A DNA stretch of 37,235 nt. Source: Escherichia phage D108. Position numbers and translations under genes: made by a program. The notes under the pieces are model-generated. The model saw only the letters and a list, made by a program, of their open reading frames with translations. It was not told where the DNA came from and searched no databases. The stretch lies in the sequence record NC_013594.1; one strand, given 5' to 3'. Numbering within the stretch: position 1 is the stretch's first letter; every line of letters begins with the position of its first letter. Positions 9,226-17,908 of this stretch are shown here, one piece after another.

Positions 9226-9250
9226 AAGCCGGTTAATCCGGCTTTTTTTA
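9226..9250 (+). terminator. Rho-independent terminator of the early transcript
   Basis: aagccgg-ttaat-ccggctt hairpin followed by T7 run, 7 bp after the mor stop; about 9.2 kb from the left end, as for the Mu early terminator. The middle promoter Pm is expected just downstream. Confidence 0.8.
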
Positions 9251-9296
9251 CGTCCTCAATATCCTGTGATGAATAACCGTACCGGGGGAAATCATC

Positions 9297-9515
9297 ATGG
9301 GTAAAGGCTGGAATGCATCCTTTCATCTTGGCAGACGTGAGCGGCTGCGTCAGGAGGTTTTGCACCGTGTCGCCGGTGGGCCACGGCCTGCGCCCCGCGA
9401 CTATACCGGTCATGATGGCACCCACGGCAGTTATTACATGAAAGGCTGGCAGTCAGTTGATATGCCGGAAATTCTTCATCATTGCCTGCTTTACAGGGAG
9501 AAACATTATGTCTGA
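9297..9515 (+). CDS. Hypothetical middle-operon protein (72 aa)
   Basis: ORF with GGGGGAAA SD-like sequence; first ORF after the early terminator. Confidence 0.45.
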   Translation: MGKGWNASFHLGRRERLRQEVLHRVAGGPRPAPRDYTGHDGTHGSYYMKGWQSVDMPEILHHCLLYREKHYV

Positions 9516-9870
9516 GCGTTCTGCTCGTCAGTGGCCTGATTTTTTATCGGTGGTGTTACTGGCGCTGTTATTGTGGATAAGTCTGTTTTGTGGCTGGCGC
9601 GCGCTGATGTTTTGCTGTGCCTCGGTTTTCAGTGTTGCTTTATGTGTTGCCGGTGATTGTCTGGATGCGCTGATAATGAGCTGCCGGGTGCCTGAACATT
9701 TTGCCCGGTTCGTCTGGCCGCTGACCTGGCTGGGGAGTCTGTCCGGGCTGGGATTAGCCGTGATGGCAACGTCTCAACTGAAAACGGGTCCTGAGCATGT
9801 CATCTGGGCGCTGGCCGGATTGCTGACGTTCTGGCTCTCCTTTCGTTTTCGCGCTCGTCTGTTCGGGTAA
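9508..9870 (+). CDS. Hypothetical multi-pass membrane protein (about 120 aa)
   Basis: Start likely at MSERSARQ (9508). Several hydrophobic helices (VVLLALLLWISLFCGW; ASVFSVALCVAG; LGLAVMATS; WALAGLLTFWLSF). Confidence 0.55.
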   Translation: MSERSARQWPDFLSVVLLALLLWISLFCGWRALMFCCASVFSVALCVAGDCLDALIMSCRVPEHFARFVWPLTWLGSLSGLGLAVMATSQLKTGPEHVIWALAGLLTFWLSFRFRARLFG

Positions 9871-9879
9871 AGGGGCACC

Positions 9880-9999
9880 ATGTACAGAAAATTCAGTGAT
9901 GAATGTTTCGGGCCGTCCACGCTGATTAGTGCGATAAAAGTGATTGCCCTTGTGGTTCTGATAACCATCAGTGCCGTGGTGTATCTTTCTGTCTGTTAA
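9880..9999 (+). CDS. Small single-pass membrane ORF (39 aa), not in the ORF track
   Basis: ATG at 9880 with SD AAGGGG 5 nt upstream; MYRKFSDECFGPSTLISAIKVIALVVLITISAVVYLSVC has one clear TM helix; fills the gap between 9870 and C. Confidence 0.4.
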   Translation: MYRKFSDECFGPSTLISAIKVIALVVLITISAVVYLSVC

Positions 10000-10011
10000 C
10001 CGGGGGAAAAT

Positions 10012-10434
10012 ATGCAGCATGATTTATTTGAACACGATCCGGCAATTCGCCAGTTAATCGGACATATTGATAACATCCCTGCCCCGGAACTGGAATCACG
10101 CTGGCCCCGTTCGGTGGTTGATCTGATTGATGTTCTGGAAAACGAACTGAAACGCCAGAACGTCAGCAATCCCCGTGAGCTTGCCCGTAAACAGGCCGTT
10201 GCCCTGTCCTGTTTTCTGGGTGGGCGGCAGTTTTATATCCCCTGTGGCGATACTATCCTGACCGCGTTACGCGACGATTTGCTTTACTGCCAGTTCAATG
10301 GTCGTAACATGGAAGAACTGCGTCGCCAGTACCGCCTGTCCCAGCCGCAGATCTACCAGATTATTGCCCGCCAGAGAAAGCTGCATACACGGCGTCATCA
10401 GCCTGATCTGTTCTCACCTGAAAGCCCAAAATAA
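10012..10434 (+). CDS. C: C, late-gene transcription activator (140 aa)
   Basis: Mor/C family; size and position (before lys) match Mu C. Confidence 0.85.
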   Translation: MQHDLFEHDPAIRQLIGHIDNIPAPELESRWPRSVVDLIDVLENELKRQNVSNPRELARKQAVALSCFLGGRQFYIPCGDTILTALRDDLLYCQFNGRNMEELRRQYRLSQPQIYQIIARQRKLHTRRHQPDLFSPESPK

Positions 10435-10455
10435 CCGGCATCCTGCCGGTTATTT
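10433..10455 (+). terminator. Hairpin terminator after C (end of middle transcript)
   Basis: aaccggca-tcc-tgccggtt stem-loop followed by T-rich tract. Confidence 0.6.
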
Positions 10456-10525
10456 CCTGTCACCATAATCCCGCACCTGTCACCTGATTTTTTAGACTGC
10501 CATCAGAGATTTTTTTCAGGGAAGC

Positions 10526-11044
10526 ATGATGGCGGGGATACCAAAAAAACTGAAAGCCGCACTGCTGGCGGCAACGATTGCCGGTGGTGGTGTGGGTGGT
10601 TATCAGGAAATGACCCGTCAGTCTCTGATCCATCTGGAAAATATCGCTTATATGCCTTACCGCGATATTGCCGGTGTGCTTACGGTCTGTGTGGGACATA
10701 CCGGACCGGATATCGAAATGCGCCGTTACAGCCATGCGGAGTGTATGGCTCTCCTCGACAGTGATTTAAAACCGGTTTATGCGGCAATCGATCGTCTTGT
10801 CAGGGTGCCGCTGACGCCATATCAGAAAACGGCGCTGGCAACGTTTATTTTCAACACCGGTGTTACCGCATTCAGTAAATCAACGCTGCTGAAAAAACTC
10901 AATGCCGGTGATTACGCCGGAGCGCGTGACCAGATGGCCCGCTGGGTGTTTGCCGCAGGCCATAAATGGAAAGGACTGATGAACCGTCGCGAAGTGGAAA
11001 TGGCAATCTGGAATATCAGGGGGGCGGATGACCTTCGCCAGTAA
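10526..11044 (+). CDS. lys: SAR endolysin, phage lysozyme (T4/P21-type), 172 aa
   Basis: N-terminal weakly hydrophobic Gly/Ala-rich signal-anchor-release segment (LKAALLAATIAGGGVGG), then lysozyme catalytic region (ENIAYMPYRDIAGVLTVCVGHTG). Confidence 0.9.
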   Translation: MMAGIPKKLKAALLAATIAGGGVGGYQEMTRQSLIHLENIAYMPYRDIAGVLTVCVGHTGPDIEMRRYSHAECMALLDSDLKPVYAAIDRLVRVPLTPYQKTALATFIFNTGVTAFSKSTLLKKLNAGDYAGARDQMARWVFAAGHKWKGLMNRREVEMAIWNIRGADDLRQ

Positions 11045-11414
11045 AAGTTTACTGCTGGCAGCCGTGTTTGCCGCCGTTCTGTCCGGGGTGTTGTGGCACA
11101 GGCTGGACAGCACCCGCCACGATAACCAGACGCTGCGCCGTAAATTACAGACGGAGCAACAGGCCCGCCACACTGCTGAATGGTTGTTACACGGTCAGGA
11201 ACAGACGATGCAGGTATTTTCCGCTATCCGTGCCGCAAATCGTGCCGCACGGCTGGCAGATGAGACAGAACATCATGATGCAAAAGAAAAAATTACAACC
11301 GCCATTACCGGTGACAATTGCAGCACTCGTCCTGTGCCTGCCGTTGCTGCTGACAGGTTGCGGGAACTCGAAAAACGCACCCGTGCCATCGGTGGTGATC
11401 CTGCCCGAAACTGA
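11028..11414 (+). CDS. Inner-membrane spanin (Rz-like), 128 aa
   Basis: N-terminal TM helix (LLLAAVFAAVLSGVLW) followed by charged coiled-coil-like periplasmic domain; directly after lys. Confidence 0.7.
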   Translation: MTFASKSLLLAAVFAAVLSGVLWHRLDSTRHDNQTLRRKLQTEQQARHTAEWLLHGQEQTMQVFSAIRAANRAARLADETEHHDAKEKITTAITGDNCSTRPVPAVAADRLRELEKRTRAIGGDPARN

Positions 11415-11616
11415 TACAGAACTGACAGAAGCAACGCCCGTTCCGCCCATGCCACAGCCCCTGACGTGGGGAGCATCCCTTCTCTGGAATGCTGACCTGT
11501 TGATGGCGCTCGGGCAGTGCAACCGCGACAAGGCATCAGTCCGGGAACAGGAGACCCGGAGGAAAGAAATTTATGAACGAAGACCAGAACCGGGCGGTGG
11601 CGCTGCTGCTCGCTGA
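11275..11616 (+). CDS. Outer-membrane lipoprotein spanin (Rz1-like), overlapped in the +1 frame of the i-spanin
   Basis: Starts MMQKKK inside the i-spanin gene; lipobox LLLTG-C; proline-rich mature region; extends past the i-spanin stop (overlapped architecture). Confidence 0.65.
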   Translation: MMQKKKLQPPLPVTIAALVLCLPLLLTGCGNSKNAPVPSVVILPETDTELTEATPVPPMPQPLTWGASLLWNADLLMALGQCNRDKASVREQETRRKEIYERRPEPGGGAAAR

Positions 11617-11767
11617 ACTCTGGCAGGGGGATACCCGTGATATTCCCCGCCCGGCGGCGTATGACCCGCCTGTATTGTGTGCCGGTTGCGGTCGTGAGCT
11701 GCGGCCTGATGTGCTGAGACAGCAGCCGATGGCGAACTACTGCCACTGGTGCCGTGGAGCAGAATAA
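11573..11767 (+). CDS. Hypothetical small Cys-containing protein (64 aa)
   Basis: ORF in late-operon context; CAGCG...CHWC motif. Confidence 0.5.
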   Translation: MNEDQNRAVALLLAELWQGDTRDIPRPAAYDPPVLCAGCGRELRPDVLRQQPMANYCHWCRGAE

Positions 11768-12066
11768 TGGATTTGATTTCAGTTTTAGCGTTATGGCCTT
11801 ACCTGTTGCCTGTTGTGGCCGGTGGGGCCGTCTGGGCGATGCGTCGTAGTTTTGCCAGCACCGAGCGTGTGGAGCGTCTTGAAAACCGGATGACCGAAAT
11901 GGAAACCCGCTACGCCAGCATCCCTGGCACAGAAGATGTACACGAAATGCGCCTGCGAATTGCAGAGCTGTCCGGCGATATCCGGGTGCTGTCCCAGCGG
12001 GTGCAGTCATTTTCCCATCAACTGGAGCTGCTGCTTGAAAACGCAGTAAACCGGAGTAATTCATGA
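11767..12066 (+). CDS. Hypothetical membrane-anchored protein (99 aa); possible lysis regulator
   Basis: ATG overlaps the upstream stop (TAATG); N-terminal TM (MDLISVLALWPYLLPVVAGGAVWAM) then coiled-coil-like region. Confidence 0.55.
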   Translation: MDLISVLALWPYLLPVVAGGAVWAMRRSFASTERVERLENRMTEMETRYASIPGTEDVHEMRLRIAELSGDIRVLSQRVQSFSHQLELLLENAVNRSNS

Positions 12067-12353
12067 TTAACGATATTCTGACCGAAGACCGTCGTCTGGT
12101 CATCCTGCGTTCCCTGATGGACTGCAATAACGAAGCAAACGAATCCATCCTTCAGGACTGTCTGGATGCATACGGACACAACGTTTCCCGCGATGTGGTT
12201 CGCGGCCAGATTGACTGGCTGGCAGAGCAGCAACTGGTCACCGTGGAAAACCTGCGCGGCTTTTATGTCGTAACGCTGACCTCCCGAGGTCAGGATGTGG
12301 CAGAAGGTCGTGCCCGCGTTGCCGGTGTCAAGCGTCCTCGTCCCCGTGCATGA
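12063..12353 (+). CDS. Hypothetical late protein (96 aa), winged-helix-like
   Basis: ORF with ATGA-type overlap to the upstream gene; located before the terminase genes. Confidence 0.55.
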   Translation: MINDILTEDRRLVILRSLMDCNNEANESILQDCLDAYGHNVSRDVVRGQIDWLAEQQLVTVENLRGFYVVTLTSRGQDVAEGRARVAGVKRPRPRA

Positions 12354-12364
12354 CAGGAGGCGTG

Positions 12365-12940
12365 ATGGACAGGAAAACACGGGGCCGGGCTTCAAAAGTG
12401 GATTTACTGCCGGAAAACGTACGTAAAACGCTGCATGAAATGCTGCGTGATAAAGCGATCCCACAGGCCCGCATTCTGGAAGAAATTAACGCACTGATTG
12501 AAGACGCAGGCCTGCCGGATGAGATGAAACTCTCCCGTTCCGGTCTGAACCGTTACGCGACGAACGTCGAGCAGGTAGGCCATAACCTGCGACAGATGCG
12601 TGAAATGACGTCAGCACTGACCGCAGAACTTGGCGACAAGCCAATGGGAGAAACCACAAAGCTGATTCTGGAAATGGCCCGCAGCCAGCTTTTTAAGGCC
12701 ATGATGCGGCAAATCGAAAACCCGGAATCTGACGTGGATATTGACCTGCTGAAAAATGCCATGCTGGCGGCACAGCGTCTGGAATCCACGGCAATGTCCA
12801 GCCACCGGCGCGAGAAAGAAATCCGCCAGGCATTCGCAGAAGAAGCGGCAAACGCCGTCAGTGAAGAACTGCGCGGGCAGGATGGCATCAGCGAAGAGCT
12901 GGAGCAGCGTATCCGTGATGTGCTGCTGGGTAAGGCATGA
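12365..12940 (+). CDS. Putative terminase small subunit / DNA-binding packaging protein (about 191 aa)
   Basis: ATG at 12365 preceded by AGGAGG; immediately upstream of the large terminase. Confidence 0.6.
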   Translation: MDRKTRGRASKVDLLPENVRKTLHEMLRDKAIPQARILEEINALIEDAGLPDEMKLSRSGLNRYATNVEQVGHNLRQMREMTSALTAELGDKPMGETTKLILEMARSQLFKAMMRQIENPESDVDIDLLKNAMLAAQRLESTAMSSHRREKEIRQAFAEEAANAVSEELRGQDGISEELEQRIRDVLLGKA

Positions 12941-12947
12941 GAGGGTT

Positions 12948-14603
12948 ATGAACACCAGAGAAAACAACCTTAAAGCCCTTCATGCCCCCCGAAAAATCAA
13001 CCTGCGTGAGGAAGCCGAACTGCTCGGCGTGAATATCGTGACCGATATCGGGGAAGCACAGCCCCGCAATGAACCGGTTTTTCTGGGCTATCAGCGCCGC
13101 TGGTTTGAGGATGAAAGCCAGATTTGCATCGCTGAAAAATCCCGTCGTACCGGTCTGACATGGGCCGAAGCGGGCCGCAATGTCATGACTGCAGCAAAGC
13201 CGCGCCGCCGTGGCGGTCGCAACGTCTTTTATGTGGGTTCCCGTCAGGAAATGGCGCTGGAATATATCGCCGCCTGTGCCCTGTTTGCCCGCGCCTTTAA
13301 CCAGCTGGCAAAGGCTGATGTCTGGGAGCAGACCTTCTGGGACAGCGACAAAAAAGAAGAAATCCTCACTTATATGATCCGTTTCCCTAACAGCGGATTT
13401 AAGGTGCAGGCGCTGTCAAGCCGCCCGTCTAACCTGCGTGGTTTGCAGGGGGACGTGGTGATTGATGAGGCGGCATTTCATGAAGCCCTGGACGAACTCC
13501 TGAAAGCGGCCTTTGCTCTCACCATGTGGGGTGCCCGCGTGCGGATCATATCGACACATAACGGCGTCGATAACCTGTTTAACCAGTACATTCAGGATGC
13601 GCGCGAGGGGCGCAAGGATTACAGCGTTCACCGCATCACGCTGGATGATGCCATCGCTGACGGGTTGTACCGACGTATCTGTTACGTCACGAATCAGCCG
13701 TGGTCGCCGGAAGCGGAAAAAGCCTGGCGTGATGGCCTGTACCGGAATGCGCCGAATAAAGAGAGTGCCGACGAGGAATACGGCTGCATTCCCAAAAAAT
13801 CCGGGGGCGCTTATCTGTCACGCGTGCTGATTGAAGCCGCCATGACGCCAGTGCGGGATATCCCGATTCTGCGTTTTGAAGCCCCGGACGATTTTGAATC
13901 GCTGACACCACAAATGCGCCACGGCATCGTTCAGGACTGGTGTGAACAGGAGCTGCTCCCGTTGCTCGATGCGCTGTCGCCGCTCAATAAACACGTACTG
14001 GGCGAAGACTTTGCACGCCGTGGCGACCTGACGGTGTTTGTGCCGCTTGCCATCACTCCTGACTTACGCAAACGCGAATGTTTCCGCGTGGAGCTGCGTA
14101 ATGTGACCTATGACCAGCAGCGACAAATCCTTTTATTCATTCTGTCCCGTTTGCCCCGTTTTACCGGCGCTGCATTTGATGCCACCGGTAACGGCGGTTA
14201 TCTGGCAGAAGCCGCCCGTCTGATTTATGGCCCGGAGATGATCGACTGTGTGAATCTGACCGCATCCTGGTATCAGGAGTGGATGCCAAAACTGAAAGGC
14301 GAGTTTGAAGCGCAGAACATCACGATTGCCCGGCACCAGACCACTCTTGATGACCTGCTCCACATCAAGGTGGACAAAGGTATTCCGCAGATTGATAAGG
14401 GGCGCACAAAAGATGAAGGTGGTAAAGGCCGACGACATGGCGACTTTGCCGTGGCGCTCTGTATGGCTGTCAGGGCGTCTTATATGAATGGTTTTGTTAT
14501 CGACGAGGACAGCATACAGGCGCTGCCACCACGCCACCGTGGTGATGATGTTGATAACGATGATTTTGATGATTATCACCAGTTTGAACGAGGGGGCTGG
14601 TAA
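12948..14603 (+). CDS. Terminase large subunit (about 551 aa)
   Basis: ATG at 12948 after the upstream stop (the track start at 12756 is an overlap extension); large ATPase/nuclease-sized protein directly preceding the portal gene. Confidence 0.8.
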   Translation: MNTRENNLKALHAPRKINLREEAELLGVNIVTDIGEAQPRNEPVFLGYQRRWFEDESQICIAEKSRRTGLTWAEAGRNVMTAAKPRRRGGRNVFYVGSRQEMALEYIAACALFARAFNQLAKADVWEQTFWDSDKKEEILTYMIRFPNSGFKVQALSSRPSNLRGLQGDVVIDEAAFHEALDELLKAAFALTMWGARVRIISTHNGVDNLFNQYIQDAREGRKDYSVHRITLDDAIADGLYRRICYVTNQPWSPEAEKAWRDGLYRNAPNKESADEEYGCIPKKSGGAYLSRVLIEAAMTPVRDIPILRFEAPDDFESLTPQMRHGIVQDWCEQELLPLLDALSPLNKHVLGEDFARRGDLTVFVPLAITPDLRKRECFRVELRNVTYDQQRQILLFILSRLPRFTGAAFDATGNGGYLAEAARLIYGPEMIDCVNLTASWYQEWMPKLKGEFEAQNITIARHQTTLDDLLHIKVDKGIPQIDKGRTKDEGGKGRRHGDFAVALCMAVRASYMNGFVIDEDSIQALPPRHRGDDVDNDDFDDYHQFERGGW

Positions 14604-16141
14604 TGGGCCGTATTCTGGATATTTCCGGGCAGCCGTTTGATTTTGACGATGAAATGCAGACCCGCAGCGATGAGCTGGCAATGGTCATGAAGCGTACGCA
14701 GGAGCATCCTTCCAGTGGTGTGACGCCGAACCGGGCCGCGCAGATGCTGCGTGATGCCGAACGCGGTGATCTGACCGCACAGGCTGACCTGGCCTTTGAT
14801 ATGGAAGAAAAGGACACCCACCTTTTTTCCGAATTGAGCAAGCGCCGCCTTGCCATTCAGGCGCTGGAATGGCGCATCGCTCCGGCACGTGATGCCAGCG
14901 CACAGGAGAAAAAAGACGCCGACATGCTGAATGAATATCTGCATGATGCGGCGTGGTTTGAAGATGCCCTGTTTGATGCCGGTGATGCCATTCTCAAGGG
15001 TTATTCCATGCAGGAGATTGAATGGGGCTGGCTGGGCAAAATGCGCGTGCCGGTGGCGCTGCATCATCGCGATCCGGCGCTGTTCTGCGCGAACCCCGAT
15101 AATCTGAACGAATTACGTCTGCGTGATACGTCTTATCACGGGCTGGAGCTGCAACCGTTCGGCTGGTTTATGCACCGGGCCAAATCCCGCACCGGGTACG
15201 TTGGCACCAATGGCCTTGTGCGCACGCTTATCTGGCCTTTTATTTTTAAAAACTATTCCGTGCGTGATTTTGCAGAGTTTCTGGAAATTTACGGACTTCC
15301 CATGCGCGTCGGTAAATATCCGACCGGCTCCACGAACCGTGAGAAAGCCACGCTGATGCAGGCCGTGATGGATATCGGGCGACGTGCCGGTGGCATTATT
15401 CCGATGGGGATGACGCTGGATTTTCAGAGCGCCGCAGATGGTCAGTCAGACCCCTTTATGGCGATGATTGGCTGGGCAGAAAAAGCGATTTCAAAAGCCA
15501 TTCTGGGCGGCACCCTGACCACAGAGGCTGGCGATAAAGGTGCACGGTCGCTGGGTGAAGTGCATGATGAGGTTCGCCGGGAAATCCGTAACGCGGATGT
15601 GGGCCAGCTTGCCCGCAGTATTAACCGTGACCTGATTTATCCCCTGCTGGCACTGAACAGTGACAGCACCATTGATATTAACCGCCTGCCGGGCATTGTG
15701 TTTGATACCAGTGAAGCGGGTGATATTACGGCACTGTCTGACGCCATTCCGAAACTGGCGGCGGGAATGCGTATTCCGGTCTCCTGGATACAGGAAAAAC
15801 TCCATATTCCACAGCCGGTCGGTGATGAAGCCGTGTTTACTGCTCAACCGGTCGTCATGGATAACGGTCCGCAGAAAGAGGCCGCATTATCCGCTGAAGA
15901 TATCCCGCAGGAGGATGATATCGACCGGATGGGCCTCTCACCGGAAGACTGGCAGCGTTCGGTTGATCCCCTGCTGAAACCCGTCATTTTTTCTGTGCTG
16001 AAAGATGGGCCGGAAGCCGCCATGAACAAAGCCGCTTCATTATATCCGCAGATGGATGATGCAGAACTTATCGACATGCTGACCCGTGCCATTTTTGTTG
16101 CCGATATATGGGGGCGTCTGGATGCCGCAGCAGACCATTGA
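14603..16141 (+). CDS. Portal protein (Mu gp29/H-like), 512 aa
   Basis: TAATG overlap with the terminase; size and position typical of Mu portal. Confidence 0.85.
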   Translation: MGRILDISGQPFDFDDEMQTRSDELAMVMKRTQEHPSSGVTPNRAAQMLRDAERGDLTAQADLAFDMEEKDTHLFSELSKRRLAIQALEWRIAPARDASAQEKKDADMLNEYLHDAAWFEDALFDAGDAILKGYSMQEIEWGWLGKMRVPVALHHRDPALFCANPDNLNELRLRDTSYHGLELQPFGWFMHRAKSRTGYVGTNGLVRTLIWPFIFKNYSVRDFAEFLEIYGLPMRVGKYPTGSTNREKATLMQAVMDIGRRAGGIIPMGMTLDFQSAADGQSDPFMAMIGWAEKAISKAILGGTLTTEAGDKGARSLGEVHDEVRREIRNADVGQLARSINRDLIYPLLALNSDSTIDINRLPGIVFDTSEAGDITALSDAIPKLAAGMRIPVSWIQEKLHIPQPVGDEAVFTAQPVVMDNGPQKEAALSAEDIPQEDDIDRMGLSPEDWQRSVDPLLKPVIFSVLKDGPEAAMNKAASLYPQMDDAELIDMLTRAIFVADIWGRLDAAADH

Positions 16142-17441
16142 TCTGGCGTATGCCGCACGCCTCCCGCCAAAGGAGGCTGTCGCGTATTTCCACGCCAAAG
16201 GCTACAACATCACCTGGAACTGGTACGAACAACTGGCAGACGCGCACGCCCGCGCCTTTACCGTTGCCAAAGCCACCCGGATGGATGTACTGACCACAAT
16301 CCGTGAGGAAGTGGAGCGGGCTGTCAGTGAAGGCATCACCCGTGAGGAATTTACCCGCACACTGGCCCCCCGGCTGCAAAAACTCGGATGGTGGGGAAAA
16401 CAAATCATCGTGGATGCAGACGGAAACGCAAAGGTAATCGAGCTGGGCAGTCCGCGTCGTCTGGCAACCATTTATAACGTCAATACCCGTACGGCGTATG
16501 GGGCAGGACGTTATGCGCAGATGATGAATACCGCCGATTTGTACCCGTACTGGCAGTACGTTGCCGTTATGGATGGCAGAACACGCCCGGAACATGCGCG
16601 GCTGCACAATATGGTTTTCAGGTATGACGACATTTTCTGGCAGACGCATTACCCGCCCAATGGCTGGAACTGCCGCTGTCGCGTCCGGGCGCTGTCTGCG
16701 GCCCGCATGAAAGAGCTGGGGTTACAGGTCAGTTATGGTGCGTCATTCATGAATACCCGCGAAGTGGATGCCGGTACGGATGAAAGCACCGGAGAGATTT
16801 TCCGCACATCGTCAACCACGTTTGACAACGGTCGGGTAAAAATGACGCCGGATGTGGGCTGGTCATATAACCCCGGTTCAGCGGCATTTGGTACGGATCA
16901 GGCACTGATACGAAAACTGGTGGAAATTCACGACGCGCAGCTGCGTGAGCAGGTTGTGCAGACGCTGAATAACAGCCGGGAGCGTCAGCTTGCTTTTTCC
17001 CTCTGGCTTAAACGCCTGGCAGGATCACGTCAGACCGGTCATGAAATCCGGGCGCTGGGTTTTATGACGGGATCCGTGGCTGAAGCCGTATATCAGCGCA
17101 CCGGGAATATGCCAGCCCGTCTGCTTGTAATGAACGGGAAAAGTCTGGCGACCACTGCTGATGCCGCCCTGAAAACGGAAGATTTACAGCGTCTGCCGTC
17201 GCTGATGGCAAAACCACAGGCGGTATTGTGGGACAGGGAGAACCACCAGTTGCTGTATGTTGTGGCAACCCGTGACGGCACGGCCCGGATTGTGGTCAGA
17301 ACATCACAGACAGTCGGCAGGCAGAATGACCGGGCGGATGTGCTGGTCAGTATCAGCCGCGTATCTGCACAGTCGCTTGAAGCCGCGATTGCTGACGGGA
17401 TGATTGACATACTGGAGGGGCATGTGGAGGTGAATAAGTGA
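16122..17441 (+). CDS. F: Head morphogenesis protein F (Mu F-like), about 439 aa
   Basis: Follows the portal as in Mu; start at ATG 16122 (track begins at GTG 16086). Confidence 0.8.
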   Translation: MPQQTIDLAYAARLPPKEAVAYFHAKGYNITWNWYEQLADAHARAFTVAKATRMDVLTTIREEVERAVSEGITREEFTRTLAPRLQKLGWWGKQIIVDADGNAKVIELGSPRRLATIYNVNTRTAYGAGRYAQMMNTADLYPYWQYVAVMDGRTRPEHARLHNMVFRYDDIFWQTHYPPNGWNCRCRVRALSAARMKELGLQVSYGASFMNTREVDAGTDESTGEIFRTSSTTFDNGRVKMTPDVGWSYNPGSAAFGTDQALIRKLVEIHDAQLREQVVQTLNNSRERQLAFSLWLKRLAGSRQTGHEIRALGFMTGSVAEAVYQRTGNMPARLLVMNGKSLATTADAALKTEDLQRLPSLMAKPQAVLWDRENHQLLYVVATRDGTARIVVRTSQTVGRQNDRADVLVSISRVSAQSLEAAIADGMIDILEGHVEVNK

Positions 17442-17908
17442 GTCTTGATATGAACGTTGCCGTGGATGTGCGACGTATTCAGCTTGCGCTGGATGAACTG
17501 GGAACCGTCACACGTGACCGCGTCATTCCCCGTGTGATGGCTGCGGCGCTGCTGTCATCCACGGAACAGGCATTTGAACGGCAGGCAGACCCGGATACAG
17601 GGAAAGGCTGGGAAGCGTGGAGCGATTCGTGGCTGGCATGGCGTCAGGATCATGGTTTTGTTCCGGGCAGTATCCTTACCCTGCATGGCGATCTGGCACG
17701 CAGCATTACCACCGATTATGGACAGGATTATGCCCTGATTGGTTCGCCAAAAATTTATGCTGCCATTCATCAGTGGGGCGGTACACCCGATATGGCACCC
17801 CGCCCGGCAGGCGTTCCTGCGCGTCCTTATATGGGGCTGGATAAGACCGGGGAACAGGAAATTTTTGATGCCATCAGAAAACGCGTCAGCGCCGCTCTGA
17901 GGCAATAA
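17438..17908 (+). CDS. G: Virion morphogenesis protein G (156 aa)
   Basis: Position after F; overlapping stop/start. Confidence 0.7.
   Translation: MSLDMNVAVDVRRIQLALDELGTVTRDRVIPRVMAAALLSSTEQAFERQADPDTGKGWEAWSDSWLAWRQDHGFVPGSILTLHGDLARSITTDYGQDYALIGSPKIYAAIHQWGGTPDMAPRPAGVPARPYMGLDKTGEQEIFDAIRKRVSAALRQ

Noticed and set aside
9156-9425. 89-aa minus-strand ORF spanning the mor 3' end and the early terminator
   Set aside because: It crosses a rho-independent terminator hairpin and a promoter region; unlikely to be coding.
11273-12148. 291-aa minus-strand ORF antisense to the spanin and lysis-region genes
   Set aside because: Antisense to several short, well-supported plus-strand genes; Arg/Ser/Pro-rich translation typical of a wrong-strand reading of GC-rich DNA.
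12756-12947. N-terminal extension of the large terminase ORF
   Set aside because: Overlaps the upstream gene in another frame; the ATG at 12948 directly after the upstream stop is the more plausible start.
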